Assembly (NCBI GenBank): GCA_977030845.1
Contig: OZ365112.1
Coordinates: 25,792,001-25,856,000 of the forward strand
Length of the DNA stretch: 64,000 bases
Source: Fimbriosthenelais zetlandica
Taxonomy: Eukaryota
Direction of reading: 5' to 3'
Of the stretch, positions 37,674 through 51,200 are shown in pieces. Made by a program: the position numbers and the translations under genes. Numbering within the stretch: the stretch's first letter is position 1; each line of letters begins with the position of its first letter. The notes below the pieces were generated by a model that made no database searches, was not told where the DNA came from, and worked only from the letters and a program-made list of their open reading frames with translations.

Positions 37674-40600
37674 TTAGAAATGGATGACTGTGTGAAATGT
37701 TTTATGCTATAGAGTCTTATGAGTAATGATGATATTCATGCTGCCTATACTATGAAAAAAGAGCAGGCATTGATGCTTGGTGGTATATGCCAGAATTGGC
37801 CTGCCGGTGGAGGCACATTGCCAGCTTCCAACTCATGACCCTCGGACGAGCCCTGGCCAAATTATATCAACACTACCCGCTCCTGACATTTCCCTATATC
37901 TAATGCAATCTATCCCTCAACTGAGATTCTTGTCGCGCCACTGGCGATGGCATCGCACAGGCAGAGAATAACTGGTACTATCATTACATTACATTAAACA
38001 ATGAAAACATCAATCTGAGGTCGAGATGAAGGCAGTAGCCAAGAGCTACTGCCAACTGTGGACTTTTTCCCTGTGAAATATTATAAAAGAGACACGCGCC
38101 ATGCTGAATATATCATCGATGTAACATATTGCTTAGCCGCACAGACAAGATGTTACTTCTGAGTCACACACCCAGTGATTCACACTTATTCTCACGACAA
38201 TTATGCACCTTGCCCTAATAATATTGTCGCTAATGCATTTATTGAAATAGCCGAGGATAAATGTGTTAGTTTTATTGATTGTCCGAGTGAAGTGGAGAGA
38301 GCAGTTGGGGAAATATTATTCATAAATGCAAGGGGCATCCCTAAAGCCGTAACCCTGAGGGTGGCAGCCACGACGGCCTGCCTCCAGCCCTTCCCAACAA
38401 CTGAATGTTGTTCTTGGATCTCCTCCACGGTGCCTGAAGGAGGAGAGATGATCTCCACTCCTCCTCTACCACCCCGACCCAGATAAAAACCTTATCAGCA
38501 CTACCCACACAGCTTCCAGTGTCTACCAGCCATTTCACATTGTGCTACGGTATCGATGGAAAACCAGTGTTTTGCCTTTAACTGTCCCATCCAAAGGCAG
38601 GCAGAGTTGACTGCCTATACAGATCCATAAAAGGGCCCTGTATGCTCGTGATTATTGCTCTATCAATACACGCGACAAGGAGGTGAATATATATTAGGAG
38701 AACGGAGGCAAATACAATACCTGTAGTGTTAGACTTTTCCCTACACACATATATACTTAAACTACAGGTGCTATAATAGACATTTCGCCCTGATGCAGCA
38801 GAGGTATTATTTTAGGAACCTTTTGTAATTTATGAGTCTGAGGTACCATATTTGTCAACGATTTTCTGGTAAAAAGGGGAGAAATATATGTTATATTCAA
38901 TATGTTATTACTGAAAGTGTTCCTATAACCGTCTTCAGTTGTAAACATGTTTACCTCATGCGAACCCCATCGGGAAATTTTCAGGGGTATATTTTGATGG
39001 ACAAAGCAGCTAGAGGGAAAACATGGAGAGTAAATAGAAATTGTTGGTAGGTCATAGAGACTATAAACCCAGCATGGTTTTGTTGTACACGCTGATTTCT
39101 ACATATCCCCTTTTTAAAAACCGCTATACCACACTTCATTCTCATTGGCATTTTCTGTGAATATATATGCCCGCTTCTTCTTCACACCCTAAGCTCATTT
39201 TAGAGTGTAATTGGTTTTCAGGATTCACGGCGGGGGATCGTGAAAGCAATATGGCTGTGAGAATGTCAAATGAGTCCGCTAGGCTCTCTAATGCTCCTTG
39301 TGTTTCTATCGAACCAGTTGCATTAATTCAACTAAGAGAGTAAGGTTCGGCTTTGGGAGGGCAGGTGTGATGCAATATTTTTTCCCGGCATTTGGATCAA
39401 TTCGCCGAAAGCCTTGCAATGCCTTTGATAGGTGCACAAAGTCGGGATTTCTCCCCCTCTTCCCTCGCTTTGATCATTCTAATACCAAGGTCAAGGCCGT
39501 CAGCTGGCGCGGGGAATGATGGGATTGATCAGGTGATCATGGGTGGCGCCCACTGGTAGGCTGTGATTAAACTGAAGGTCATTGATCGACCCTTCAGACC
39601 AATTGGTCCAAGAGATCCTCCTCCAAGAAGGCCAGCAACCCTGAGGCAGGTCTTAGCTGCAACATCTCAAAATTGCTGCAAAAATCTTTAGAAAGAGGCC
39701 CCGGAATCAAGGCTGATTTCAGGATTTTTAATTAAATACAGTGTCAGTAAAAAGTAATTCTATGTACTATTTTTCAATTGGACTCTTTATGTTCCTCTTT
39801 TCTCACCATTTATGAGCTGGTTCTCTTTTCTAGCCACCTCTATATATGATTAACTTTGTATATATTCAGATAGGGACATATATATTGAGAGATGCCCTAT
39901 TTGTCCATTGTCCCTCTATAATGTGTCTATAGACTTCTTCAGTCTTGCTATCACCAATGTAACTCCCACTCTCTCCTTACTGTCTGTGTATATGACAATA
40001 TGATCGATGCTATCTTTCTCCCTTGCACCTGATGCTGATAGACCTCCTTATCTCTTCTCACTCCATTCTCAAGCAGCTGCTATAAAGGCTTCTCTTGTCT
40101 CGTAGTTAAGACCTATATGTATGGCATTGGCCTTCCTCTCAGACAATGCTCATGCCAGAATTATTCATGACAATGGCGAGTTGTTGATTTTTATGATGGC
40201 CATCGTTAGCACAATGGCATTAATGTAAACACTTCTATGCATTGCTTTATTATAGCTTGCACGAGCTGGGCTGCTTCCTTATGAAGATCATAATTGAGTG
40301 TGCTTTCTATTTTGGCTTTCTGTTTTCCATATCGATTGCTGAGTGGCGTGCTTAGATAATGAATATTTGTAACCGCTGCATTGCCTTTGATTTAGCGAAG
40401 AAATAAGCAAGTGGAATATAAATGAGTTGCAGTGAGTGCTTCTGTAATAAGAGCAGTGTCATAACTCTTTCCAGACTCAGCGCATTGTTACTATTACCAA
40501 TCGATCCTCCATGCTAATGCGCGCTTCATTCTGTGCAGTGAGTAGAATGTACAACTTAAAGACTCTTTTGCGATCATAGTAATTGCGCATTTATGCGAGT

Positions 40601-41123
40601 CGTATCTGTAGGTTATAAAGTGTACTACTCTCAGGCATGTGACTATATAGGATGAGGCTTGCAGAGTTCAGCTTGATTATCCAGGGACTCTAGAGGTTAT
40701 CATGGTAGAAGGGTCAGGGGTTTCCTGACCAAGCTTCATCCCGGACTCATTTCCGAGGCTCTGAGTAGCCATGATCTCGGTTATCAAGCCCTACTATAAC
40801 TCATATACACGGCTTTATAGGGAATTCAGTGGCAATGATAAAGGCAAGTTGTTGCTTATCAAGGGACACAGCTGATTCAGTCTGACGTCCTTGTGTCATT
40901 TACGGCCAATTGCTCTGGGGCTTCTCTGCACGTGCAACTCTAGCGCGGGGTCAGGCCAGCGCATCCTCGGGGTCAGGGTCACGCAAATTGCCCCCGCTGA
41001 CAGTCTGGGTTTGGGGCACTCGCGGTAGGCTTATGATCATGGGGTCGTAACCTCTTGGTCTCACGGGGGCAGGTTATGCCAGAGTTAGGCAGTCCTCCAT
41101 TGTAAGTATTGATCCTGACATCA

Positions 41124-41334
41124 TTGGCTGTTTCCCGGTATAACCCTTAAAACAGAACCCTGCGGTACACCGGCCAATAATTGCCCTTTCCAAGTCATTC
41201 CTGATTCCTTTTCCCGGACCGAAATCAACCCGTGCCGAAAATGAGGGGGCTTCAATTTGGTTCCCAAGTTAGTTAGGAAAGTTAGACGACCTGGACTTGG
41301 TATCTCTTTGATGTTGTTTTATCCACAAGAGGGC
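41124..41334 (-). mobile_element. LINE (CR1/L2/Jockey-like) reverse transcriptase remnant
   Basis: A 65-codon stop-bounded frame (41124-41318) contains ...TFLTN...SGMTWKGQLLAGVPQGSVL. GVPQGSVL (41148-41171) is an exact LINE RT signature. ALLWIK occurs just upstream in another frame (41317-41334). The expected GPxLF...YADD continuation is missing. Confidence 0.6.
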
Positions 41335-44300
41335 ATTGGAAATAAAAGATAAGGGCTTTTCTGGGAAGGCGATGGCGATAAGCCCAGACCCGGTTTTTGC
41401 TGGAGGCTGGCAGGGCTGGCCCCTGGCCTTTGTCCGGGTTATCCCTCGCCAGCAGGCGATGTAGGGGCATGTAGTGGCGAGTCCCTAAAGGCTATCTGAT
41501 GATCCAGCAACAAAGCCTCAGGGTATAGGTATACAATGGTCGAATGCCAGTGGAAATATGCTCTGACATGAATTGAGAGCGTGCAAGCCAGTGAATGGAA
41601 GGGCCATTTTGTAATGCCATTATCCTTCAGAGGAGGAAACGACAGCTGCTAATATCTCAGTAGGTTTGCCTTAAATTATATCATTAGGGCTTATCATCTT
41701 ATTCCCCATCTAAGAAATGACATTAGCCTCATAACAATCAAGCCTGATGGAATCATGTTAATGTGTGTACCCTCGAGGCTTGCATTACTTATCAGAAAAC
41801 AGCCTGGTGCCATAGGGTCATCCGTCATTGCCTTCCTGCAGGAAAAGCCATGCATAGCCCATTGCCTTATCATTCAATTCCCCAATCACATGCGTTCTGT
41901 AGACTGCTCGGTTTTTATGGAAGCGACATCGAAACCTAAATTGATGTAAGAGGGAGGGAAAATGGACTAAACAAGAAAAGCAAAGGGAAAAAAAGAGTAA
42001 AAGGATGAGTGGGATGTTTTTGAGACATCGTCCCTTTTATCTGGTCATGTAAGATTCTCGTTTTAAGCGCAGGTGCATGTCGAAGGTATCTTTTGATATT
42101 TTATATATAAACACAGACTACGTTTCTGATTTGGTCATGGCTGCAAGAGGTCCTGTTGCTCTTAGTTCTGCAACATTGCTGCCGCCAAAGGCCTTGCAGC
42201 ATCGGTCTTTTTATTGAACGTTGCTTGCATGTCACATGATGGTATTGGTCTTAACAATGAGCGAACCGTCGTGTGCGTGCATGTAAATGTTTTTTGCCTC
42301 TGTTTGTACAACTCCCTGAGCAAATTGGGAGCACATTCCCTTCTGTAAGCCTATTATGAGAAAAAGCATGTTGCCATAGGTCCGTATCATATGAATGTTG
42401 CCAGACATTTATAACAAAAAAGGCACCACCTTTCATCCGCTTCCGATGACATTCACATTCATATATATCTGGACCTTTGATCTCTCTTGAGCGCCTTTCG
42501 TGATTTCACTAAAAGCTAGTCTGATTCCCATAACAGATGACTATAAATATAATTAGATATATTACCCTATGTATCATTCTTCTACAAGTTACTGTACCTC
42601 ATATATTATAATACTATCCCGACAAAAAACATCTCTAAACATACATAGATATATCAAAATACATCATTTAGAGCTGACATGTCTCTCTTGACATCCATGA
42701 ATCCCATTCATGATTCAGCATGACTTTCTTAGCGACCAGTTGGAAATGTCAGCACCATTACCTCCTGCAGTCTGTTCTTATGATTATGACCTGCCAAGCT
42801 CTAGCCTGTAAATCAGTTTGTTGTCATCACTTTAGAGAGAAGTAAGCGCTCCGCCCCCCTTTGTTGTGATCGATTTCCCCTTTCCTGTTACATATTAGAC
42901 CATACTCTAGCGCGGCTAAACAAAGTACAACTTTGCTTAAGTATTGTGTAGGCGAGCTGCTTCTTTCGTCAGCTCCCACTTGTCAGCCTGCCAGGGGAGA
43001 GCCTGGTCCACGTTGTATCATTATGTTAGGCAGGGTAATTAGCCAATCATTGCAGTGTGGGGGATTATTGAGTGTGGGGTCAGGTAGCTCATCCATCACT
43101 ATAATGGATGACGTAGTGTCACCACCTAACATCAGACGTCTTCATCAAGTTTTGATCACTTATTCAGCATAGCATTTCACAGGTAATGATGAAATACCTG
43201 TATTATCCCCGCCCCGCCCCCACTAACACCACCGCCCCCGGCTGTCTAGCATCTCAAGACAAACTATACAGTTGCTCATGAAGAAAAAAAAAGGATTGAT
43301 TATGACAGATAGGAGAATAAGATCCTTTGAGGAGTTTCTCTTTTTTATGCTTTGCTTCTAGGGTGTTATTTTAAGCTCTTGAAACTTTCCATCTCAGTTC
43401 TTCTTTTCTGTCAGTTTATCTATCATATACTGTTCAGTACAGTTGATGCCTCTCAAAATATGTTCTCCATTTCAATGTATGAGACTTCTTAATTTGAATT
43501 CTTACAATGCCTCCAACTGTTCTATAGAATCCAATAGTATTGTAATGCACAATGGAGTCAGGATTTTAGACACGAATTCCCTGCTTTGAAAGCCCAAACC
43601 ATTTTATCCTGGAAATCAATAAAAGAAGGTAGTACCCCACCTTCATTGTTTCTATGAAATGCTGTCTTTAAAAACAGAGTTTCGGCGAGGTCTGGGAGTC
43701 AAGTTATGCTGTGTAGTCCCCCTTGGTTGGCTCTCCACCCAGACCTTTGGCTGGATCTAGGCTTGTCAGTTCAGGGGCTCAGTACATATTGGCTTGTTTG
43801 GGGTGAATTGGCTTTGAGCCAGCTAGAGGCCCTCACTTCTTCTCCCAGCTCTCTCTCCTTGTTATGCTGTATGTGGTGGAGACACGTGTTGTGTATATAG
43901 CAACAGGTGTTAAGCCCTTCTCAACTAGGGACAGGTACTCTCCCCACTTGGTCGAGTAGTGAAGAGGCCGCCTCTCCTACACAGACGTGAATAATTACAC
44001 AGTTTTATTATGGAAAACAAACGATGTTTAGCTTCGGCTATTACCCATGAGTGGGTAGAAAAATCTTCTTCCAAGAGAATATATATACATGAATATCATA
44101 AAACAAGTTAACATATCTGTCCTCTGGGTAAAAGCTGAAGAACCTTTAAAACTTGTCTTGGTAGCACAGTTAAAATACTGAACTTAAGTGACTCAAGTTG
44201 TCCAAACTAAAACAACCAACATGTTTAGAGTCCCATCTTGTACAACAGACACGCCTTGCAATCTCGTCAATAATTGAAATATAAAATTGATGTAGTACAA

Positions 44301-44460
44301 ACACCACTTCCCAATGACTCACCGCAACAAACAAGGTCAGAAATGTTTAGAAGGTAACTCGATGAGTCTGGTAAATTGCACAGTTGCCACGTGTTCCCCT
44401 CCCCAATATCTGAGTTTATTACGGCACAAATTGGTTAGTCACTTATAGTGAAAGTATCTG

Positions 44461-44536
44461 AGAGTATAGGGAGAGTGAGAAAGAGAGAGAGAGTGGCGCA
44501 AACTCCAGGCAGTAAGTTGGAAAGAAAGAAAGAAAA
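44461..44536. repeat. GA/GAAA-rich low-complexity tract
   Basis: (GA)n-like run 44461-44493 and short (GAAA)n 44520-44536. Confidence 0.7.
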
Positions 44537-47500
44537 CGGACAAGATCAGGTGCAAGATTTATTTGTTCGGGGAAGTACCTAAATCCCGGGGACCATTCTG
44601 TGTATATGGAATTGCTCTCAGCGGAGTGGCGTTGGTCGGGCGACACATGCGCTCACGTCAATTGTATGGAAATGGTGTGGGCTGAAAACCTCCGGTTGCC
44701 AAGGTGACACTGATGTGATGGGGTTAGGTGATGAATTAGGTGGATCAAACCAGGTGATGCAGCACCTGCTATCCCCCTATCTCCTTGCTTTACTCATCAC
44801 CACTTCTCAAGGCTTCTCCGGAGCTGTGAGGAGAGGAACCAGATTCTGGATGGTGATGACTGGTTTGTGGATGATGAGGAGGAGGAGGTTGAGGTAGGAC
44901 TACTTGCATACATACTTACTACCAGCTCCTTCCTTCTTACGCAGCTGCATCGCTGACCTGCCCAACTCGATTAGTGTTCACTAACTTGGAGAGGCACCAT
45001 CATATTGGACAGGCTTTAAGGACAGGTTTTTCTGTCTTTCTCTATGTGTTAAATCTTTGTCTAAAGTCAGTACTCAATTGTGGCTGTATGTAGTATATGA
45101 AAATGGCTCTTGAGATCAGGTTGTACCATCTTTTTGGGGGAAGAAAGTCCTCGGTCAGCCTCTTGAAGACATCTGTACAAAGTGCTGAATTTCGGTGATG
45201 AAATTGTCCCTAGCTGTCAATATCCACCATGTTGGACCTTTTAGTTTATGCCGAAGTGAAACGGTTAGAGCACGGGGTTAGTGTGGCGAGAAACTAAAAC
45301 GAAGCCAATAGCCGTGCTATAATGAGCGTGAAGTCAAGGGGGAAAATGGCAGGGCAGGAGACAGCCATTAGCATTTGATGGTAGGTCCCCAAGGACATGT
45401 CCTGACACCATTGTGTTCACGATTTTTTACGGGGATTATATAATCGATTAGTTAGTCCCTACATAAATATACCTTTGGGACCATTTGTGTGCTTCCTTAA
45501 ATCTTAAAAGACAACAGCCCTCTGAGTGTTTAGTGTTTAAAAATTTGATCTGCGATAGAACAATGTACATGTATGTCTTTACCAGACACATTTGTTCATG
45601 TTTTTAGCCTATCTACCCATCTAGAAATCAGGGATTCTCTCCAATACCTTTCAAATGAATCTCAAGGCACTTTTCCCCTCTTTTCCCCCTGCGTCTTTTC
45701 CTCAGTGGTTTTCCTGGTATCCAATCATGTAAAATATGGTGCCTACTCCTAGAATGCCCTCCAAATCTACGAGGAGAAAGCGTGGACGTGACCTTGAGCC
45801 TGACCTTGAATGATGTGACAATGTCTGGAGCTTGTAGGGTCACTAATGGGGTCAGACGCCATGCGGCTCCCATGACACGTCACACCATATCAGCGACAGC
45901 ACAACGTCATGTTTGTTTTAGAGAGGTTTCTACGCCCCAATAGTGGGCACGAGAAATGCGCATCATGCCCGGACAATTATACCACCCATGTGTGATAACC
46001 AATGGTGTATACCTCTATACAAACCAGGCGTCGAAATTAAACATTGTCTGTATAGAGGTCTAGAATACAGCCCCTGGCATTCCACCTGAGGTCACACACA
46101 GAAGTCATGGCTTGAAACGTAGATTCAGAAGAACTTGCTTGTTGAAGTAATGACCCTTAAGTTATTGTGAATCAAACCATTTTGTCCTCAGGCCTCAGAC
46201 TTTCACCCTTGGGTGTCAATTAGAGCGATACATCAAGTGTCCTTGCTGGGTTTTATAGAGCTGAAATCAGGAGAGGTCACAAAGGGAGAGCTAACACTGG
46301 GGAAGGCTTTTAAACTTATCATGCTTGTATTTGTCTATTTGAGGGGTGGCAACACTCTGATGACCACTCAAGCAGTGGACAGGACAGTGCTGTAAACAGA
46401 GGTGGGAGACGTGCCCACAATGAGAACCGTGGCTTCCTATAGACTCTCCCCACATAAAAACAGCCACTCATCCTCCTTTATACCTGTCAAGCCTGTGTCT
46501 ATTGGCAGTGCCGTTTGTGCCAGCCTTTCATCCACAAGTAGGGCCAAGTGAACCTAGCTTTTGTAGCAGTGAATAATACTTCCCTTCCCTGTGGACCCTA
46601 TAGATGAAAAGCACGCCCGTTTAATGCCAATATGATGGAATGTATTGAAGTAGTAAGGGTTTGTCCATGCACCTCCAATCTACCCACTACCCACCATTGT
46701 GACCAGGGGTCATTTTAGGTCTGACCTTCAGCTATGTACCTCCAAACCATAGGATCTCTAGGGACTAGATATCATAATCGGAGGAATATGGAAGTCCATT
46801 TCCGCACGGTTGCACTCAGGCATACACTAATAACGTGGAGAACCACGTGGAATGCCCCGATGGACTGGAGCGCGCTCTCCCAAATGAATACTTGAATAGG
46901 CCTTGTTATTTAATATCCCACCCCAGTCACATATTGCAGACCTTTCTCCCCTGGATATTTAAGTGACACCTTCCATTAGTGAGTTGTGACGTCACAGCAG
47001 GACCTCATTACAACGCTAGCAACACGTATCCATGCCATTAACAACAAAAGCATCAACAGGGGACTAATTTTTCTTGGCGAGATGGAGAAGGGCATGTTCA
47101 TTTAACATTCCAGTACTTGATGTGAAACCCTTGCAATGAGGGTGCTCATATTCTCCTGCTTAAATTTGAGTGAACGCGCTTTGAAAGTAGTCCCTTGTGG
47201 GTGGAGGTGTCATGGAGGCAACCCCATAACTCAGCTTCATGTGTGTTCACGTATTAACCTTTTAGAGGTGGTGTTGTCACATGGCTGAGTGGAATAGCAT
47301 GTCATGTCAGGAGGGTTGTATGACAGTTGACTTTAAAGGCGTGAAGCATCTGTGTGAGAGCCTCCGGCATGCATAAGTTATCTCAACAATTCTGTTATTA
47401 TTTGATGACTCAAACACCTTAGAACCCCACACCAAACTTTTGTTTGAGCAGTACCTTGCAAAAGATTGCCCAGCGTGGGAAGGTGTAGTGATACAAAAGA

Positions 47501-47863
47501 GTCTAATGAAGATAAGAGAAACCAACCTCCTTTCTCCTTTCTCCATTCTGATTGTTCCATCCACAATAGTCTTCCCTTATTTCTTCATTAAATGACTCGT
47601 TCTTCTCGTGAAGATCGAGAATAAAACACCGCAGTGCTACTAAATAATAAAACAAAGATGAAGATGTACTTGCTTAACGAATGAGACTATACTGACAGTA
47701 AACACACTTCTCAGAGGTTAATCCTTGCCTTGTCTGAGAAGTGTGCACAGTGAGGCAGACTCTCTTCTTGTGGGACGTTCTCATGGATCTAAATTGAAGG
47801 CTTGATTAACTATCCTTATCTATGACGACACTCCTCCTTTTATCCTTTGTTCCTCAGTGAAAC

Positions 47864-47926
47864 TGTTCTAAGTTGCAGATTAAACTTGAAGATTTTACCT
47901 TTTGTTCTAAGTTGAAGATTAAACTT
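47864..47926. repeat. Short tandem duplication, 24-bp core, 39-bp period
   Basis: TGTTCTAAGTTGCAGATTAAACTT (47864-47887) and TGTTCTAAGTTGAAGATTAAACTT (47903-47926), 23/24 identical. Confidence 0.9.
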
Positions 47927-48088
47927 TCAAGTATTTTCTTCTAAATAGTTTTCTTTTCCTTTTCTCTGTTCAGATGCGTCTTGGCTGGTGACGGACGATC
48001 TCAACATCTCTAGGGCACAACATGTAGCATCGCGGCTGGAGGGTTAGACTATTTTGGTGGGAGAATCCGTCTGTGACACCCCGTCAAC

Positions 48089-48212
48089 ATGGCTCGTAGG
48101 AAGTCGGCCATCCTGACCATCCTTCTCTGTGGTTTGGTCATCATCTTTGACACTGATGCTTATGGGTCAGCTGTGGGCATCCCTCCTGATTTCCGCATAA
48201 TACCCCATGAAG
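48089..48212 (+). CDS. Candidate first coding exon with a signal peptide/anchor (secreted or membrane protein)
   Basis: Strong polypyrimidine acceptor TTTTCTTTTCCTTTTCTCTGTTCAG ending 47973; ATG 48089 in good Kozak context (GTCAACATGG); MARRKSAILTILLCGLVIIFDTDAYGSAVGIPPDFRIIPHE (basic N-region, hydrophobic core); consensus donor AAG|GTAAGA after 48212, phase 1. Downstream exons not identified. Confidence 0.5.
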
Positions 48213-51200
48213 GTAAGAAGACATTTTGAATTGAATACATTTTGTCCTGTGTGTTTCTATATGCTTTGTTTATTCACAAGGTGGGATTTTAAGCTAATGA
48301 TATTATATTCATGTGTCCTATTAGAATGAACTTCATGAATTGAATTGCATAATTGCAGCATTGTAGAAAGTTCATGGACATAATCAAGCAAACCCTGTGT
48401 AATCTTTCTATGAGCTGGGAGTGCATGGAATAGTAAATGAATATCTTGAAGGCTGCGACATGCCTGATACTAATAGATGTTTTCATCTTAACAAGGTTTA
48501 ATATGTATATTAAGGCTTAGTGGTGCTATGGCTTCATATACATATGCCATCAAGTACGGAATCTCAGAAGACGTGGCAGAGATTGCATTATTAACAAAGC
48601 AACCATCAAGGAATAGTTGCAATGCAATGATTACTGAACATTACGTCCTTAAAAGATTCATTACCATGCTGCTCTCGTTTTACTCCGTTTATATTCTCAG
48701 TGAATACATTAGTATATTCATTTACCATCTCTGCTCGATAGAAGAAACCTTATCACATTATATTCATTGGCACAGACCTCCATGTTGAGTGAATGCCAGC
48801 AGATTGCCTCAAAACCCTGGCTGTGAGGCATTGATAAACTCAATTAAATCATCTGTTGAATGCTGCACTGATTTACCAATGCGGCGAGAGCGGCAGCGGG
48901 AGTGTTTGCATTTACATTTAGACATGCATTTGCTTGCATTCCTCCAGCTGCAATCTTGACCCTGCTTTTGTCCTTTATCTCAGTAATGAATCCTCAAAGA
49001 CGAAACTGTCAACAGTTATCAGTACGGGAGAGTAGCTTATTTATAACCTGGGTGGCCATTGATATTCCACTCGCGATGGCCATAAAAAAGTGCCATGCCT
49101 TCCGAAGTGGATTGCTCATCAGCCAGAAAAGGATTGAAATAAGATTCGCCTGTGTTGAGGCGAACCTCAATTGCTTGGCTGCGGTTGGAGGTATTGTATT
49201 GGTCTTAATTTATATCAATTATTCTCCACCCACCCCTGGTTGTACTTGCGTACCACTGTTTAAAAGGGAACCTAGCTGGCTGGGTCTCCGTGGTCTGATC
49301 CCATAGTAATCTGAGGCAAGACCCCTACACGTTCCTCTACTCACTGTGTGTGACACATCCCACTGAAACATCTGCCGCTCTTTAACCATTGTCTCCAGCC
49401 ATTCCTTGATAAAAAGGTGACGCCACTCTCAAGGGCTTAGAGGTAAAAGGCAGCCCTGTCGATCTCAATATATGGCACTGGCTTTGGTGCGAGTCTTCAA
49501 AGACACAACTCCTCTTATACTACTCGCCAGGATTGCAGCCTAGGTAACTGATCATCCCTGGTAGTCTTTTTACCCTGTCTTGCCTTAACGAAGCATCATT
49601 TAAGTGGGTCTCATATGATGTTATTGAAATAAGGACAAATAGTGGGACCAGATTTTAAGATGCCTCAGCAAATATCAATTAGATTCTGAGTGTCAGTTTT
49701 CAAAATTATCTTAAAAATTGTTTGCAAGAGCACACAGTTATGAAATGGGATAGGGGAGCGAAAAACTGTGGCTGGCTTTTAACTGGAGGAACTTTCAGTC
49801 TGCGAAGGCAGAAGAAAAAAGGTGGTGGAGACAATTCATTGGGAGGTTGGACTTAATAGGATGGATAACCCGAGCAGCTCTCTGGGATGGGAATCTCTGG
49901 CTGGGGAGCATTTGGAAGTGCCATCAGCTCGGTAGGAGAGGCTAAGTCTGGGGATGAGGAGCAAAGACAAGCATGGAACGAGATCAAAGCCAATGCTTGG
50001 TGGGCAGATAAAGTTGAGGCTTGTCTTGGAATGGGACAGGGACAGGGAGAGAGAGGAAGAAACAGTGATGTATTGGGGGGATAGAGGTCTGTATATACTG
50101 ACTTAATACACTGTGGGAGTGGACCGCGTGAGGGATATGAACCGGACAGGGAAGGAACTGGGAATTCTGACATGTGATGGAAATAGTAATCACTCAATGG
50201 CATCTCTTAATTAGGAGCAGCCATCATACACAGAACCAACTGCTTAACCCACTTCCTCCCCCGCTTCCTCCTCCAAACCTCTCCCGTCTCTCCCCCATGT
50301 CTTGGTTGGGTTGGAGACGCGTCTGACTGCGCGATGACGGAGGGAGATGGCTTAAGGTTCAGATGTCTTGCTACATGAAGCCGGGAAAGCCTGGAGGGTG
50401 ACAGGCCCTGGTAATAAACCCACCCTCTTTTCATCCTGTCAATCATGATCTTGTAGCACAGTCATGAATGAAGATCCACTGGTAATTTAGCAATGATTGA
50501 CACGTCTTCGCCATTAGATGACACGTAAAAAATTCTAAAGCTTATCTTTGTACCAACCAACATTCCCCCAAGGGCGAACTTTGGAAAGAAATCTAGTGAA
50601 TAGACCAAACTACTATCGGCTCTATAAATAATGCCATTAAATGGAGAGCTGGTCGCTGGAAAATTCTTGGGTATAGGAGAATGGAGTAACGCTTGCCTTC
50701 ACTGGCACAACGCAAAAGGACTCCTTTTTCCTGAGCGCAAGAAAAGATGAATTGCCGACAGAGTATCCGGAATTCCGCACTCTTGATATTCAATAGTCAT
50801 TAATTCTCCTTGGCAGAACTCGGGGCCACCAATTCAAAAGTTGTGTAAAAACATTGATTTCAGATTTCAAACGTTGGGTATTAGCCGGGGAAAAAATATT
50901 AGGGGAAAAAGCAACTTTAGAAATGGCCGTACCTCTATAATTCAACCAGCATAATGGGCGGTGTGAATCAAATATGGACAGCAATTATGATGTAGTGAAA
51001 GGATATGGAGATGCAGAACTCATTTGACGGATTTTCACATAATGTCTGAGTGCTAAGGCTCAAGAAACTCCCATGAAAAATCATTGCAAACCATGATTTA
51101 TCCACCTTTAAATTTCAAAGTTTCAATGCGGCTAAAATGCATGTGTCAGGGTTTATTTCGGCATTTCTTATCTTTCTTTCTACCCTGAATAATGGCAATT

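Noticed and set aside
39418-39519. NAFDR...HSNTKVKAVSWRGE as LINE RT motifs
   Set aside because: Spacing is about half the usual and there is no following GVxQG; too weak.
39544-39552. TGGCGCCCA as a tRNA-Lys primer-binding site
   Set aside because: Only 9 of 18 nt match, with no preceding LTR end (CA) or gag ORF.
45790-45840. QAPDIVTSFKVRLK as an L2/CR1 ORF2 C-terminus
   Set aside because: No WNxLP upstream and no 3' tail; the DNA is better explained by common TGACCTTGA-type low-order repeats.
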